Positions 1 to 7,968 of a DNA stretch of 9,153 nucleotides are shown piece after piece (position 1 is the first letter of the stretch; every line of letters begins with the position of its first letter). Location: IMG/VR virus record IMGVR_UViG_2711768069_000016; one strand, written 5' to 3'. The DNA is from a virus (Duplodnaviria; Heunggongvirae; Uroviricota; Caudoviricetes). The position numbers were made by a program, and so were the translations under genes. The notes below the pieces were generated by a model. That model saw only the letters and a program-made list of their open reading frames with translations. It made no database searches and was not told the origin of the DNA.

Positions 1-142
1 CGGCTGGGACGGAAGTCGCTGTCGTTCTCAAAATCGGTGGAGCTGCATGACAAAGTCATCGGGCATTATCTGAACATAAAACACTATCAATAAGTTGGAG
101 TCATTACCGGGGTTGAAGATGGCTGGATGTCTAAAATAAACA

Positions 143-338
143 TTGCTTCATATGTTCAACTATGCGTTAATGATTGCGTCGGTTTGAAGAACAGACGATA
201 TACGAAGTAGTTTACTAAAGCAGTTCTCATTTCAGGTGTTATTCACTTATTCCTTCTTTGAGTCTCTCCAATTAAGTACGAAGTCGTTTCTGTTATGCAA
301 ACCATTTATGCCGAAAGGCTCAAGTTAAGGAATGTAGA
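143..338 (+). promoter_or_regulatory. cspB promoter and long cold-shock-type 5'UTR
   Basis: -35 TTGCTT (143-148), 17-nt spacer, -10 GTTAAT (166-171), preceded by an AT-rich tract. Transcript would start near 178-180, giving a ~160-nt leader. Leader has a cold-box-like GGTTTGAAGAACAGA near 181-195 and an upstream-box-like GCCGAAAGGCTCA (310-322), both resembling the cspA leader; SD AAGGA 327-331. Confidence 0.5.
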
Positions 339-554
339 ATGTCAAATAAAATGACTGGTTTAGTAAAATGGTTTAACGCTGATAAAGGTTTCGGCTTTAT
401 TTCTCCTGTTGATGGTAGTAAAGATGTGTTTGTGCATTTTTCTGCGATTCAGAATGATAATTATCGAACCTTATTTGAAGGTCAAAAGGTTACCTTCTCT
501 ATAGAGAGTGGTGCTAAAGGTCCTGCAGCAGCAAATGTCATCATTACTGATTAA
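339..554 (+). CDS. cspB: Cold-shock protein, CspA family (71 aa)
   Basis: ORF translation [38 protein letters not shown]... carries the RNP1 motif KGFGFI and RNP2 motif VFVHF of the cold-shock domain. The 71-aa length and sequence match my recollection of E. coli CspB. Confidence 0.93.
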   Translation: MSNKMTGLVKWFNADKGFGFISPVDGSKDVFVHFSAIQNDNYRTLFEGQKVTFSIESGAKGPAAANVIITD

Positions 555-835
555 AATTCATCGCTCGTCTGTATACGATAACGAAGAAGGCTGATGCCTG
601 AGTAGAGATACGGACAGAGTAGTGAATATTGGATCTCTTTAATAAAAAGTAAGGAGGTCCAATACATGAAACAATGGCTAGCATATTTGGCAAAATCTTA
701 ATCAGGAAAAGTATGCTAACCATTGTGGTGAAGTGCAGGTTTGCTGCATGAATAGTTTTACAGCAGAAGCTAACTGCTGGCATGGCAAAACAAAGTGCGT
801 AAGTGGATGACTCCCACAAAAAGCACCACAATCTC

Positions 836-862
836 AAACCCGCTCAGGCGGGTTTTTTATTA
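836..862 (+). terminator. Rho-independent terminator
   Basis: aaaCCCGC-tcag-GCGGGttt followed by tttattat: GC stem 839-843/848-852 extended by A-T pairs, T-run 853-858. Only + strand has the U-tract. Confidence 0.6.
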
Positions 863-917
863 TCTGCTTTAAATATATTATTAAAATATAAAAAATACTT
901 GTTACTAATAAAATCAA

Positions 918-1088
918 TCAGGCTACAGCTTTAAGATTTGTCTGGAATACTTTGTTGCAATGAGGGCAGATCAAAAGGGCACCTTTTTGTACTCTTGAAA
1001 AACTGTGTTCTGACTCTTGGGTGCAGTTTGGGCAGGAACATTTAACGAGATAATTACGGCGTGATTTTGAGTTTTTACGTTCTGACAT
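918..1088 (-). CDS. Small zinc-ribbon protein (56 aa), antisense to the flanking genes
   Basis: Start ATG at 1088-1086 is preceded by GGAAAAG (SD-like, ~6-nt spacer). Product MSERKNSKSRRNYLVKCSCPNCTQ...ICPHCNKVFQTNLKAVA has a basic N-terminus and CxxC...CxxC pairs. The longer 73-aa track ORF (start 1139) has no SD. Confidence 0.5.
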   Translation of the reverse strand: MSERKNSKSRRNYLVKCSCPNCTQESEHSFSRVQKGALLICPHCNKVFQTNLKAVA

Positions 1089-1307
1089 AGGCTTTTCCTG
1101 TATAAATGGCCGTATACAGTACACTAAATATGAAAACATTTCTCGTATTATTATTTTATATATGACTTTCTTTCAAAATAATTACCCACATTTTTAATGT
1201 GTATGTTTTTTTAGCGCCGTTGAGAACAACGTGTGCTGTCAAAACTACCCCGTAGACTCCGATCTTTTCAAACATATTGCACCATCCGTGTACATCGGGG
1301 TGAGGAT

Positions 1308-1523
1308 ATGAAATCAATGGATAAGTTAACAACAGGTGTTGCCTATGGCACATCGGCGGGTAATGCTGGTTTCTGGGCATTGCAGTTACTCGATAAAGTA
1401 ACTCCGTCACAGTGGGCTGCAATCGGTGTGCTGGGTAGCCTGGTTTTTGGCCTGCTGACGTATCTGACAAATCTTTATTTCAAGATTAAAGAAGACAGGC
1501 GTAAGGCTGCGAGAGGAGAGTAA
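1308..1523 (+). CDS. essQ: Class II holin / pinholin, phage 21 S family (71 aa) with dual-start motif
   Basis: [71 protein letters not shown]: two TM segments and a charged C-terminus. Met1-Lys2-Ser3-Met4 dual start as in S21 (antiholin/holin). GAGGA at 1302-1306 is better spaced for the second ATG (1317). The upstream extension of the track ORF (from 1233) is not supported. Confidence 0.9.
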   Translation: MKSMDKLTTGVAYGTSAGNAGFWALQLLDKVTPSQWAAIGVLGSLVFGLLTYLTNLYFKIKEDRRKAARGE

Positions 1524-1527
1524 TCCA

Positions 1528-1835
1528 ATGACTCAAGACTATGAACTGGTTGTGAAAGGAGTCCGTAATTTTGAGAATAAAGTTACGGTAACTGTAGCCT
1601 TACAGGACAAAGAACGCTTTGACGGTGAAATTTTTGACCTGGATGTCGCCATGGACCGTGTTGAAGGAGCTGCGCTGGAGTTTTATGAGGCAGCAGCCAG
1701 AAGGAGCGTCCGGCAAGTCTTCCTGGAAGTAGCAGAAAAATTGTCAGAAAAAGTTGAGTCTTATCTGCAGCATCAGTACTCCTTTAAGATTGAAAATCCT
1801 GCCAATAAGCACGAGCGTCCTCATCATAAATATCT

Positions 1836-1839
<4 letters not shown>
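1528..1839 (+). CDS. ydfR: Acidic 103-aa protein of unknown function inside the lysis cassette (YdfR/DUF1327-like)
   Basis: AGGAG 11 nt upstream of ATG 1528. Starts 4 nt after the holin stop and its stop overlaps the endolysin start (ATGA at 1836-1839), so it is translationally coupled within the operon. Confidence 0.8.
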
Positions 1840-2863
<1,024 letters not shown>

Positions 2864-3045
2864 GGTAATATTAAATCGGAACATTTACATCGCGGAATGT
2901 AAAATTTAAATAAAAAGGACTCTTCCATGAGCCAAAATTCCTGAAATCTTAAGGGTAAGATAAAAGGTCTTAATCAGAATGACACGTTTTATTAATAAAT
3001 AAAGCCATTCTTTCATTGCTGTGTTTTTCTTTACAAAAGTAATCC

Positions 3046-3225
3046 TTGCTATGGGTGGTTAATCATGCGTTAATGGTGTTCTGGTTTGTTACAAATTTAT
3101 CTGAAGCAGTCATTGTTATAATTTTATTATTTGTACCTCTTGAGATTTCCTTGTTGGTTTTTCTCTCTGATATTTTTTTTCGGACCATTCTGCCCAAGGG
3201 CTAATTTCTTCAAAAGGTAATAATT
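3046..3225 (+). promoter_or_regulatory. cspI promoter and long 5'UTR
   Basis: -35 TTGCTA (3046-3051), 17-nt spacer, -10 GTTAAT (3069-3074), in the same tgcgttaatg context as the cspB promoter. Upstream-box-like GCCCAAGGGCTAA (3192-3204); SD AAAGG 3213-3217. Downstream box ATGTCTAACAAAATGACTGG parallels cspB. Confidence 0.5.
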
Positions 3226-3438
3226 ATGTCTAACAAAATGACTGGTTTAGTGAAATGGTTTAACCCTGAAAAAGGTTTTGGTTTCATCACGCCGAAAGAT
3301 GGCAGCAAAGATGTGTTTGTCCATTTCTCAGCAATTCAGAGCAACGATTTCAAAACATTAACTGAGAATCAGGAAGTTGAATTTGGTATTGAGAACGGAC
3401 CTAAAGGTCCTGCCGCTGTTCATGTAGTGGCGCTTTGA
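3226..3438 (+). CDS. cspI: Cold-shock protein, CspA family (70 aa)
   Basis: [70 protein letters not shown] with RNP1/RNP2 motifs; matches my recollection of CspI. Confidence 0.93.
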   Translation: MSNKMTGLVKWFNPEKGFGFITPKDGSKDVFVHFSAIQSNDFKTLTENQEVEFGIENGPKGPAAVHVVAL

Positions 3439-3526
3439 GGTAGACAATATTACAAACCATATTCACTTTAGATGCCCGTGTTGTCATGGTTCCCAGTATA
3501 GAACATCATCTTTTGATGTTTCTGAC

Positions 3527-3637
3527 ATGAATCCTTTCGGGGCAAAATGTATCTTTTGTAAATCAATGATGATTACATTTGATAATATTTCACAATACTT
3601 AAATGCCAGCCGTCTGTCGTTGGATTTAAAAAAGTGA
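3527..3637 (+). CDS. Small ORF (36 aa), C-terminal half of a zinc-ribbon-like module
   Basis: MNPFGAKCIFCKSMMITFDNISQYLNASRLSLDLKK from the only in-frame ATG. The same frame upstream (open from 3428) encodes ...FRCPCCHGSQYRTSSFDVSD with a second CxxC, but has no ATG/GTG/TTG. A terminator follows immediately. Not in the ORF track (too short); coding status uncertain. Confidence 0.3.
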   Translation: MNPFGAKCIFCKSMMITFDNISQYLNASRLSLDLKK

Positions 3638-3643
3638 AAATGA

Positions 3644-3666
3644 AGGCTCCTTCGGGAGCTTTTTTG
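3644..3666 (+). terminator. Rho-independent terminator with TTCG tetraloop
   Basis: GCTCC (3646-3650) - ttcg - GGAGC (3655-3659) followed by TTTTTT (3660-3665). Likely terminates a cspI plus small-ORF transcript. Confidence 0.7.
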
Positions 3667-3709
3667 CTTGGTGTCTATTCGATGGATACTCACATACTAC
3701 GGTAACATC

Positions 3710-3940
3710 ATGAAAAAAATCATCGTTTTTTTTAACTCTGAACCAGCAGTGGTAGTGCCAGCGATGACTGGAGTTAACACCATCATGCGTGAATATCCAA
3801 ATGGCGAAAAAACACACCTTACTGTAATGGCCGCAGGGTTTCCATCTCTGACCGGAGATCATAAAGTCATTTATGTAGCCGCGGATCGACATGTTACTTC
3901 AGAAGAAATTCTGGAAGCAGCAATAAGGCTCTTGAGTTGA
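3710..3940 (+). CDS. ynfN: Small protein of unknown function (76 aa), at the position of ynfN
   Basis: ATG at 3710 gives MKKIIVFFNSEPAVVVPAMTGVNTIMREYPNGEKTHLTVMAAGFPSLTGDHKVIYVAADRHVTSEEILEAAIRLLS. The track ORF starts at an upstream TTG (3668). No clear SD. Sits between cspI and gnsB where I recall ynfN in Qin, but I recall K-12 ynfN as shorter, so symbol and extent are tentative. Confidence 0.5.
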   Translation: MKKIIVFFNSEPAVVVPAMTGVNTIMREYPNGEKTHLTVMAAGFPSLTGDHKVIYVAADRHVTSEEILEAAIRLLS

Positions 3941-4034
3941 TTTGATGCTATTGCATTGATAATTCAGGAAAATTCTCTTTGTCTGTTTGTGTAAAATTTA
4001 GACTATCGTATGTTGATTATTGCGATGTTTCATC

Positions 4035-4063
4035 TTATCTTTTACACGTTTGCACCATATAAT
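4035..4063 (+). promoter_or_regulatory. Candidate sigma-70 promoter for gnsB
   Basis: Perfect -10 TATAAT at 4058-4063 with a weak -35 TTATCT (4035-4040) at 17-nt spacing, ~50 nt upstream of the gnsB start. Confidence 0.3.
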
Positions 4064-4111
4064 CGACTTACTGTGTAACTGGAAAGTCATAACAGACTAA
4101 AAGAGGAAATG

Positions 4112-4285
4112 ATGAATATTGAAAACTTAAAAACAAAAGCAGAAGCAGATATTTCTGAATATATAACAAAAAAAATTATTGAACTTAAGAAAAAGACCGG
4201 GAAAGAAGTTACCAGTATTCAGTTTACCGCACGGGAAAAAATGACGGGTCTTGAAAGCTATGATGTCAAGATTAATTTAATCTGA
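4112..4285 (+). CDS. gnsB: GnsA/GnsB-family small protein (57 aa)
   Basis: MNIENLKTKAEADISEYITKKIIELKKKTGKEVTSIQFTAREKMTGLESYDVKINLI; the C-terminal FTAREKMTGLESYDVKI matches my recollection of GnsA/GnsB. AAGAGGA (4101-4107) upstream; an in-frame ATG also at 4109. Absent from the ORF track only because of length. Confidence 0.85.
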   Translation: MNIENLKTKAEADISEYITKKIIELKKKTGKEVTSIQFTAREKMTGLESYDVKINLI

Positions 4286-4311
4286 TGTATTCAATAATAA
4301 AATTTATCCAT

Positions 4312-4337
4312 AAACCTCGTTTTTACGGGGTTTTGTT
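4312..4337 (+). terminator. Probable rho-independent terminator downstream of gnsB
   Basis: AAACCTCG (4312-4319) - ttttta - CGGGGTTT (4326-4333), 8-bp stem with one G-U pair, followed by a T-rich tract (ttttgttatattt). Confidence 0.5.
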
Positions 4338-4436
4338 ATATTTGAATGGTTCCGAATATCTAAATCACAATTGTTGATGGTTTTTATTAAACCAATGCAG
4401 TCCGGCTCAGGAGTGAGAGAAGCCGGACGTTATGGT

Positions 4437-4847
4437 TTAGCGTGGTAAGATCTGTGTAGTTTTCTGGATGCTTTCAGTAAATAGTAATGAATTATCAAAG
4501 GTATAGTAATATCTTTTTTGTTCGTGGATATTTGTAACCCACCGAAAAACTCCTGCTTTAGCAAGGTTTCTTCTGTATTCCTGAAATGTGATCTCTCTGG
4601 ATTTCAGCTTATTAGAGGTCGTTTCTATAAGATGCCTATCCTTTGAAAATTTGACAGACACAATGTTTTTTAGGCCCTTTAATAACACTGTATTATCATT
4701 TTTTAATACAATATGAACATTCTCTGTGGCTAAATAGTAAATGTAATGTGAGACATTGTGACGTTTTAGCTCAGAATAAAACCATTGATAGTTTAAATCG
4801 TTTCGAACTTTATCAAATATTTGTTTAAAAATGACTACCTGATCCAT
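4437..4847 (-). CDS. ydfO: YdfO-family protein (DUF1398), 136 aa
   Basis: Track ORF 4437..4862. I favour the second ATG (4847-4845) because GAAGG lies 7 nt upstream of it; the first ATG (4862) has none. Product [38 protein letters not shown]... matches my recollection of YdfO. Confidence 0.85.
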
Positions 4848-4904
4848 AGATAAACCTTCCATGTGATATGAGGGGGCGTAGTCTGCACGATTATCTAAAT
4901 TGCT

Positions 4905-5138
4905 TCAATCTGGTCTGACCTGTTTTCTGAGCAATTCAGTAATGTCACTCTTTTCTTTGTTTGCTTCAGAAGAAACTCTTTTTTCTGAGCACAGTCTCCG
5001 GCGGCAGGCTTCAATGACCCAGGCTGAGAAATTCCCGGACCCTTTTTGCTCAAGAGCGATGTTAATTTGTTCAATCATTTGGTTAGGAAAGCGGATGTTG
5101 CGGGTTGTTGTTCTGCGGGTTCTGTTCTTCGTTGACAT
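4905..5138 (-). CDS. ynfO: Small basic ribbon-helix-helix (CopG/Arc-like) DNA-binding protein (77 aa)
   Basis: GGGG SD 8 nt upstream of ATG 5138-5136. Basic N-terminus (TKNRTRRTTTR), then beta-strand RNIRFP, helix NQMIEQINIALEQKG, turn SGNF, helix SAWVIEACRRRL: the RHH pattern. Lies immediately upstream of ydfO on the same strand. The symbol is from recalled Qin gene order. Confidence 0.65.
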   Translation of the reverse strand: MSTKNRTRRTTTRNIRFPNQMIEQINIALEQKGSGNFSAWVIEACRRRLCSEKRVSSEANKEKSDITELLRKQVRPD

Positions 5139-5299
5139 GAGGTTGCCCCGTATTCAGTGTCGCTGATTTGTATTGTCTGAAGTTGTTTTTACGTTAAGTT
5201 GATGCAGATCAATTAATACGATACCTGCGTCATAATTGATTATTTGACGTGGTTTGATGGCCTCCACGCACGTTGTGATATGTAGATGATAATCATTAT

Positions 5300-5526
5300 C
5301 ACTTTACGGGTCCTTTCCGGTGATCCGACAGGTTACGGGGCGGCGACCTCGCGGGTTTTCGCTATTTATGAAAATTTTCCGGTTTAAGGTGTTTCCGTTC
5401 TTCTTCGTCGTAACTTAATGTTTTTATTTAAAATACCCCCTGAAAAGAAAGGAAACGACAGGTGCTGAAAGCGGGCTTTTTGGCCTTTGTCGTTTCCTTT
5501 CTCTGTTTTTGTCCGTGGAATGAACA
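5300..5526. other. Lambda-type cos site: cosQ/cosN cohesive-end sequence plus cosB with three Nu1-binding R sites
   Basis: ...GATCCGACAGGTTACG / GGGCGGCGACCT CGCGGG... matches the lambda right-end/left-end junction; the 12-nt cohesive-end sequence is 5338-5349. R3-like GTTTCCGTTCTT 5391-5402 (+), R2-like AGAAAGGAAACG 5446-5457 (inverted), R1 CGTTTCCTTTCT 5491-5502 (+), with an AT-rich IHF-like tract between R3 and R2. The ~200 bp upstream (5139-5337) matches what I recall of the lambda right end. Confidence 0.85.
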
Positions 5527-5784
5527 ATGGAAGTCAACAAAAAGCAGCTGGCTGACATTTTCGGTGCGAGTATCCGTACCATTCAGAACTGGCAGGAACA
5601 GGGAATGCCCGTTCTGCGAGGCGGTGGCAAGGGTAATGAGGTGCTTTATGATTCTGCCGCCGTCATAAAATGGTATGCCGAAAGGGATGCTGAAATTGAG
5701 AACGAAAAGCTGCGCCGGGAAGTTGAAGAACTGCGGCAGGCCAGCGAGACAGATCTCCAGCCACCCGCGCTACGGCATGGGTAA
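5527..5784 (+). pseudogene. nohQ: Terminase small subunit (lambda Nu1) N-terminal remnant, truncated after ~77 codons
   Basis: MEVNKKQLADIFGASIRTIQNWQEQGMPVLRGGGKGNEVLYDSAAVIKWYAERDAEIENEKLRREVEELRQAS... matches the lambda Nu1 N-terminus (winged-HTH cosB-binding domain). Similarity stops near 5763; the frame then reads PALRHG and stops. The rest of Nu1 and gene A are absent. Confidence 0.85.
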
Positions 5785-7042
5785 ACGTCTTGGTGCGGCA
5801 GATGTGGATAAATGGGCGCTGTATGTCATCGGCCAGTGTTGCGACCAGTCGGTGCCGGACGGTTTTGGCGGCACGGAGCCGCGCATCACCTGTAATGCCT
5901 GGCTGACCACACAGCGTAAGGCGTGGGATGTTCTCAGTGATTTCTGCTCGGCGATGCGCTGTATGCCGGTATGGAACGGGCAGACGCTGACGTTCGTGCA
6001 GGACCGACCATCAGATAAGGTGTGGACCTATAACCGCAGTAATGTGGTGATGCCGGATGATGGCGCGCCGTTCCGCTACAGCTTCAGCGCCCTGAAGGAC
6101 CGCCATAATGCCGTTGAGGTGAACTGGATTGACCCGGATAACGGCTGGGAGACGGCGACAGAGCTTGTGGAGGACACGCAGGCCATTGCCCGTTACGGTC
6201 GTAACGTCACGAAGATGGATGCCTTTGGCTGTACCAGGCGGGGGCAGGCGCACCGAGCCGGGCTGTGGCTGATTAAAACGGAACTGCTGGAAACGCAGAC
6301 CGTGGACTTCAGCGTGGGTGCCGAAGGGCTTCGCCATGTACCAGGTGATGTCATTGAAATCTGTGATGATGACTATGCGGGGATCAGCATCGGCGGGCGC
6401 GTGCTGGCGGTGAACAGCCAGACGCGGACACTGACGCTCGACCGTGAAATCACGCTGCCATCCTCCGGCACCACGCTGATAAGCCTGGTTGACGGGCAGG
6501 GTAATCCGGTGAGCGTGGAGGTCCAGTCCGTCACCGACGGCGTGAAGGTGAAAGTGAGCCGGGTTCCTGACGGCGTTGCCGAGTACAGCGTGTGGGGGCT
6601 GAAGCTGCCGACGCTGCGTCAGCGCCTGTTCCGCTGTGTGAGTATCCGTGAGAACGATGACGGTACGTATGCCATCACTGCCGTGCAGCATGTACCGGAG
6701 AAAGAAGCCATCGTGGATAACGGGGCGCACTTTGACGGTGACCAGAGCGGCACGGTGAATGGTGTCACGCCGCCAGCAGTTCAGCACCTGACCGCAGAAG
6801 TCACCGCAGACAGCGGGGAATACCAGGTGCTGGCGCGCTGGGACACGCCGAAGGTGGTGAAGGGGGTGAGCTTTATGCTTCGCCTGACCGTGGCAGCGGA
6901 CGACGGCAGTGAGCGGTTGGTCAGCACGGCCCGGACGACGGAAACCACATATCGCTTCACGCAGCTGGCGCTGGGAAATTACAGGCTGACAGTCCGGGCG
7001 GTAAATGCATGGGGACAGCCGGTGCACATACCCATTCGATGA
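5764..7042 (+). pseudogene. Internal fragment of a lambda J-like tail-tip/host-specificity protein (~420 codons), lacking its N- and C-termini
   Basis: Frame reads ...YGMGKRLGAADVDKWALYVIGQ...[14 protein letters not shown], which I recognise as collinear with the central part of lambda J. The ATG at 5675 in the ORF track lies in the Nu1 region in another frame and is probably not a real start. J similarity ends at about 7018, then 8 codons to a stop. Confidence 0.8.
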
Positions 7043-7317
7043 CATTTGTTTCAGGTGGTTCCAGTGGTGCTCCGGGAAGTGGATCACCTGATTATTCTAA
7101 ATACAGTGTTAACACTTCTTCTGCAGGCGCTCATACGCACTCTGTATCGGGTACTGCTGCAAGCGCAGGTGCACACGCACATACTGTCGGTATTGGTGCT
7201 CATACGCACTCCGTTGCGATTGGTTCACATGGACATACCATCACCGTTAACGCTGCTGGTAACGCGGAAAACACCGTCAAAAACATCGCATTTAACTATA
7301 TTGTGAGGCTTGCGTAA
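7009..7317 (+). pseudogene. stfQ: Side-tail-fibre C-terminal fragment with His-rich GAHTHS repeats
   Basis: ...[65 protein letters not shown]: repeated HxH motifs and a C-terminal end typical of lambdoid Stf proteins. Out of frame with the J fragment. Stop TAA overlaps the tfa ATG (TAATG at 7315-7319). In-frame ATGs at 7009 and 7039 could still allow a short product. Confidence 0.75.
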
Positions 7318-7892
7318 TGGCATTCAGAATGAGTGAACAACCACGGACCATAAAAATTTATAATCTGCTGGCCGGAACTAATGAATTTATTGGTGAAGGT
7401 GACGCATATATTCCGCCTCATACAGGTCTGCCAGCAAACAGTACCGATATTGCACCGCCAGATATTCCGGCAGGCTTCGTGGCTGTTTTCAACAGTGATG
7501 AGGCATCGTGGCATCTCGTTGAAGATCATCGGGGTAAAACGGTTTATGACGTGGCTTCCGGCGACGCGTTATTTATTTCTGAACTCGGTCCGTTACCGGA
7601 AAATGTTACCTGGTTATCGCCGGGAGGGGAATATCAGAAGTGGAACGGCACAGCCTGGGTGAAGGATACGGAAGCAGAAAAACTGTTCCGGATCCGGGAG
7701 GCGGAAGAAACAAAAAACAGCCTGATGCAGATAGCCAGTGAGCATATAGCGCCGCTTCAGGATGCTGTGGATCTGGAGATCGCAACGGAGGAAGAAACCT
7801 TGTTGCTGGAAGCCTGGAAAAAGTATCGGGTGTTGCTGAACCGTGTTGATACATCAACTGCACCGGATATTGAATGGCCAGCACTGCCGTAG
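7317..7892 (+). CDS. tfaQ: Tail-fibre assembly protein (Tfa family), 191 aa
   Basis: [78 protein letters not shown]... is characteristic of lambdoid Tfa chaperones. Start coupled to the stf fragment stop. Confidence 0.92.
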   Translation: MAFRMSEQPRTIKIYNLLAGTNEFIGEGDAYIPPHTGLPANSTDIAPPDIPAGFVAVFNSDEASWHLVEDHRGKTVYDVASGDALFISELGPLPENVTWLSPGGEYQKWNGTAWVKDTEAEKLFRIREAEETKNSLMQIASEHIAPLQDAVDLEIATEEETLLLEAWKKYRVLLNRVDTSTAPDIEWPALP

Positions 7893-7968
7893 GGTAAAAC
7901 ATATAAATTCTATAATTAGATGTATCTCTCCATTTACGGCAAGGAAGGGGGCTTGGAAGACGTAAAGC

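Noticed and set aside
1-93. Open frame running off the left edge (…[18 protein letters not shown], stop 91-93), possibly the 3' end of an upstream gene
   Set aside because: Only 30 codons are visible and there is no recognisable motif, so I cannot tell a gene 3' end from a chance open frame.
544-837. 97-aa minus-strand ORF overlapping the cspB 3' end
   Set aside because: No SD, Cys/Phe-rich low-complexity product, overlaps the cspB stop and the + strand mini-ORFs; most likely a chance ORF in AT-rich non-coding DNA.
1233-1307. N-terminal extension of the holin ORF (track start 1233)
   Set aside because: The 71-aa product from ATG 1308 is the complete S21-type holin with its dual-start motif; the extension would add 25 unrelated residues and has no RBS.
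1156-1470. 104-aa minus-strand ORF across the holin start
   Set aside because: Antisense to a confident holin gene and its upstream region, with no RBS or recognisable motif.
3484-3892. Minus-strand ORFs of 69 aa and 88 aa across the cspI-ynfN interval
   Set aside because: Overlap the + strand terminator and small ORFs, lack RBS, and look like AT-rich chance ORFs.
4304-4333. Possible gix/pix-like invertase crossover site (TTATCCATAAACC...GGGGTTT)
   Set aside because: The left half resembles a TTATCCAAAACC half-site, but the palindrome arms are separated by ~6 nt, not 2, and the right half does not match. It is far from pin and is better explained as the gnsB terminator hairpin.
4900-5166. 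88-aa + strand ORF antisense to the RHH gene
   Set aside because: The minus-strand frame has a clear RHH signature and SD; the + frame product is low-complexity with no SD.
5462-5668. 68-aa + strand ORF overlapping cosB and the Nu1 start
   Set aside because: Alternative frame across the R sites and Nu1 N-terminus. Nu1 in the other frame matches lambda Nu1 closely.
5675-5763. ATG at 5675 as the start of the J-like ORF
   Set aside because: This part of the frame overlaps Nu1-derived sequence in a different frame; J-like similarity begins only near 5764, so the 455-aa ORF is a fusion artefact, not an intact gene.
6011-7087. 358-aa minus-strand ORF antisense to the J fragment
   Set aside because: Lies wholly antisense to a region with clear J-like coding signal. 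Long antisense ORFs are expected in GC-rich coding DNA. Product is Arg/His/Pro-rich and low-complexity with no recognisable domain.
7046-7902. Alternative-frame ORFs across stf/tfa (7046..7306 +, 7296..7529 -, 7381..7662 +, 7606..7902 -)
   Set aside because: All overlap the confident Stf fragment and Tfa frames and have low-complexity products without start signals.
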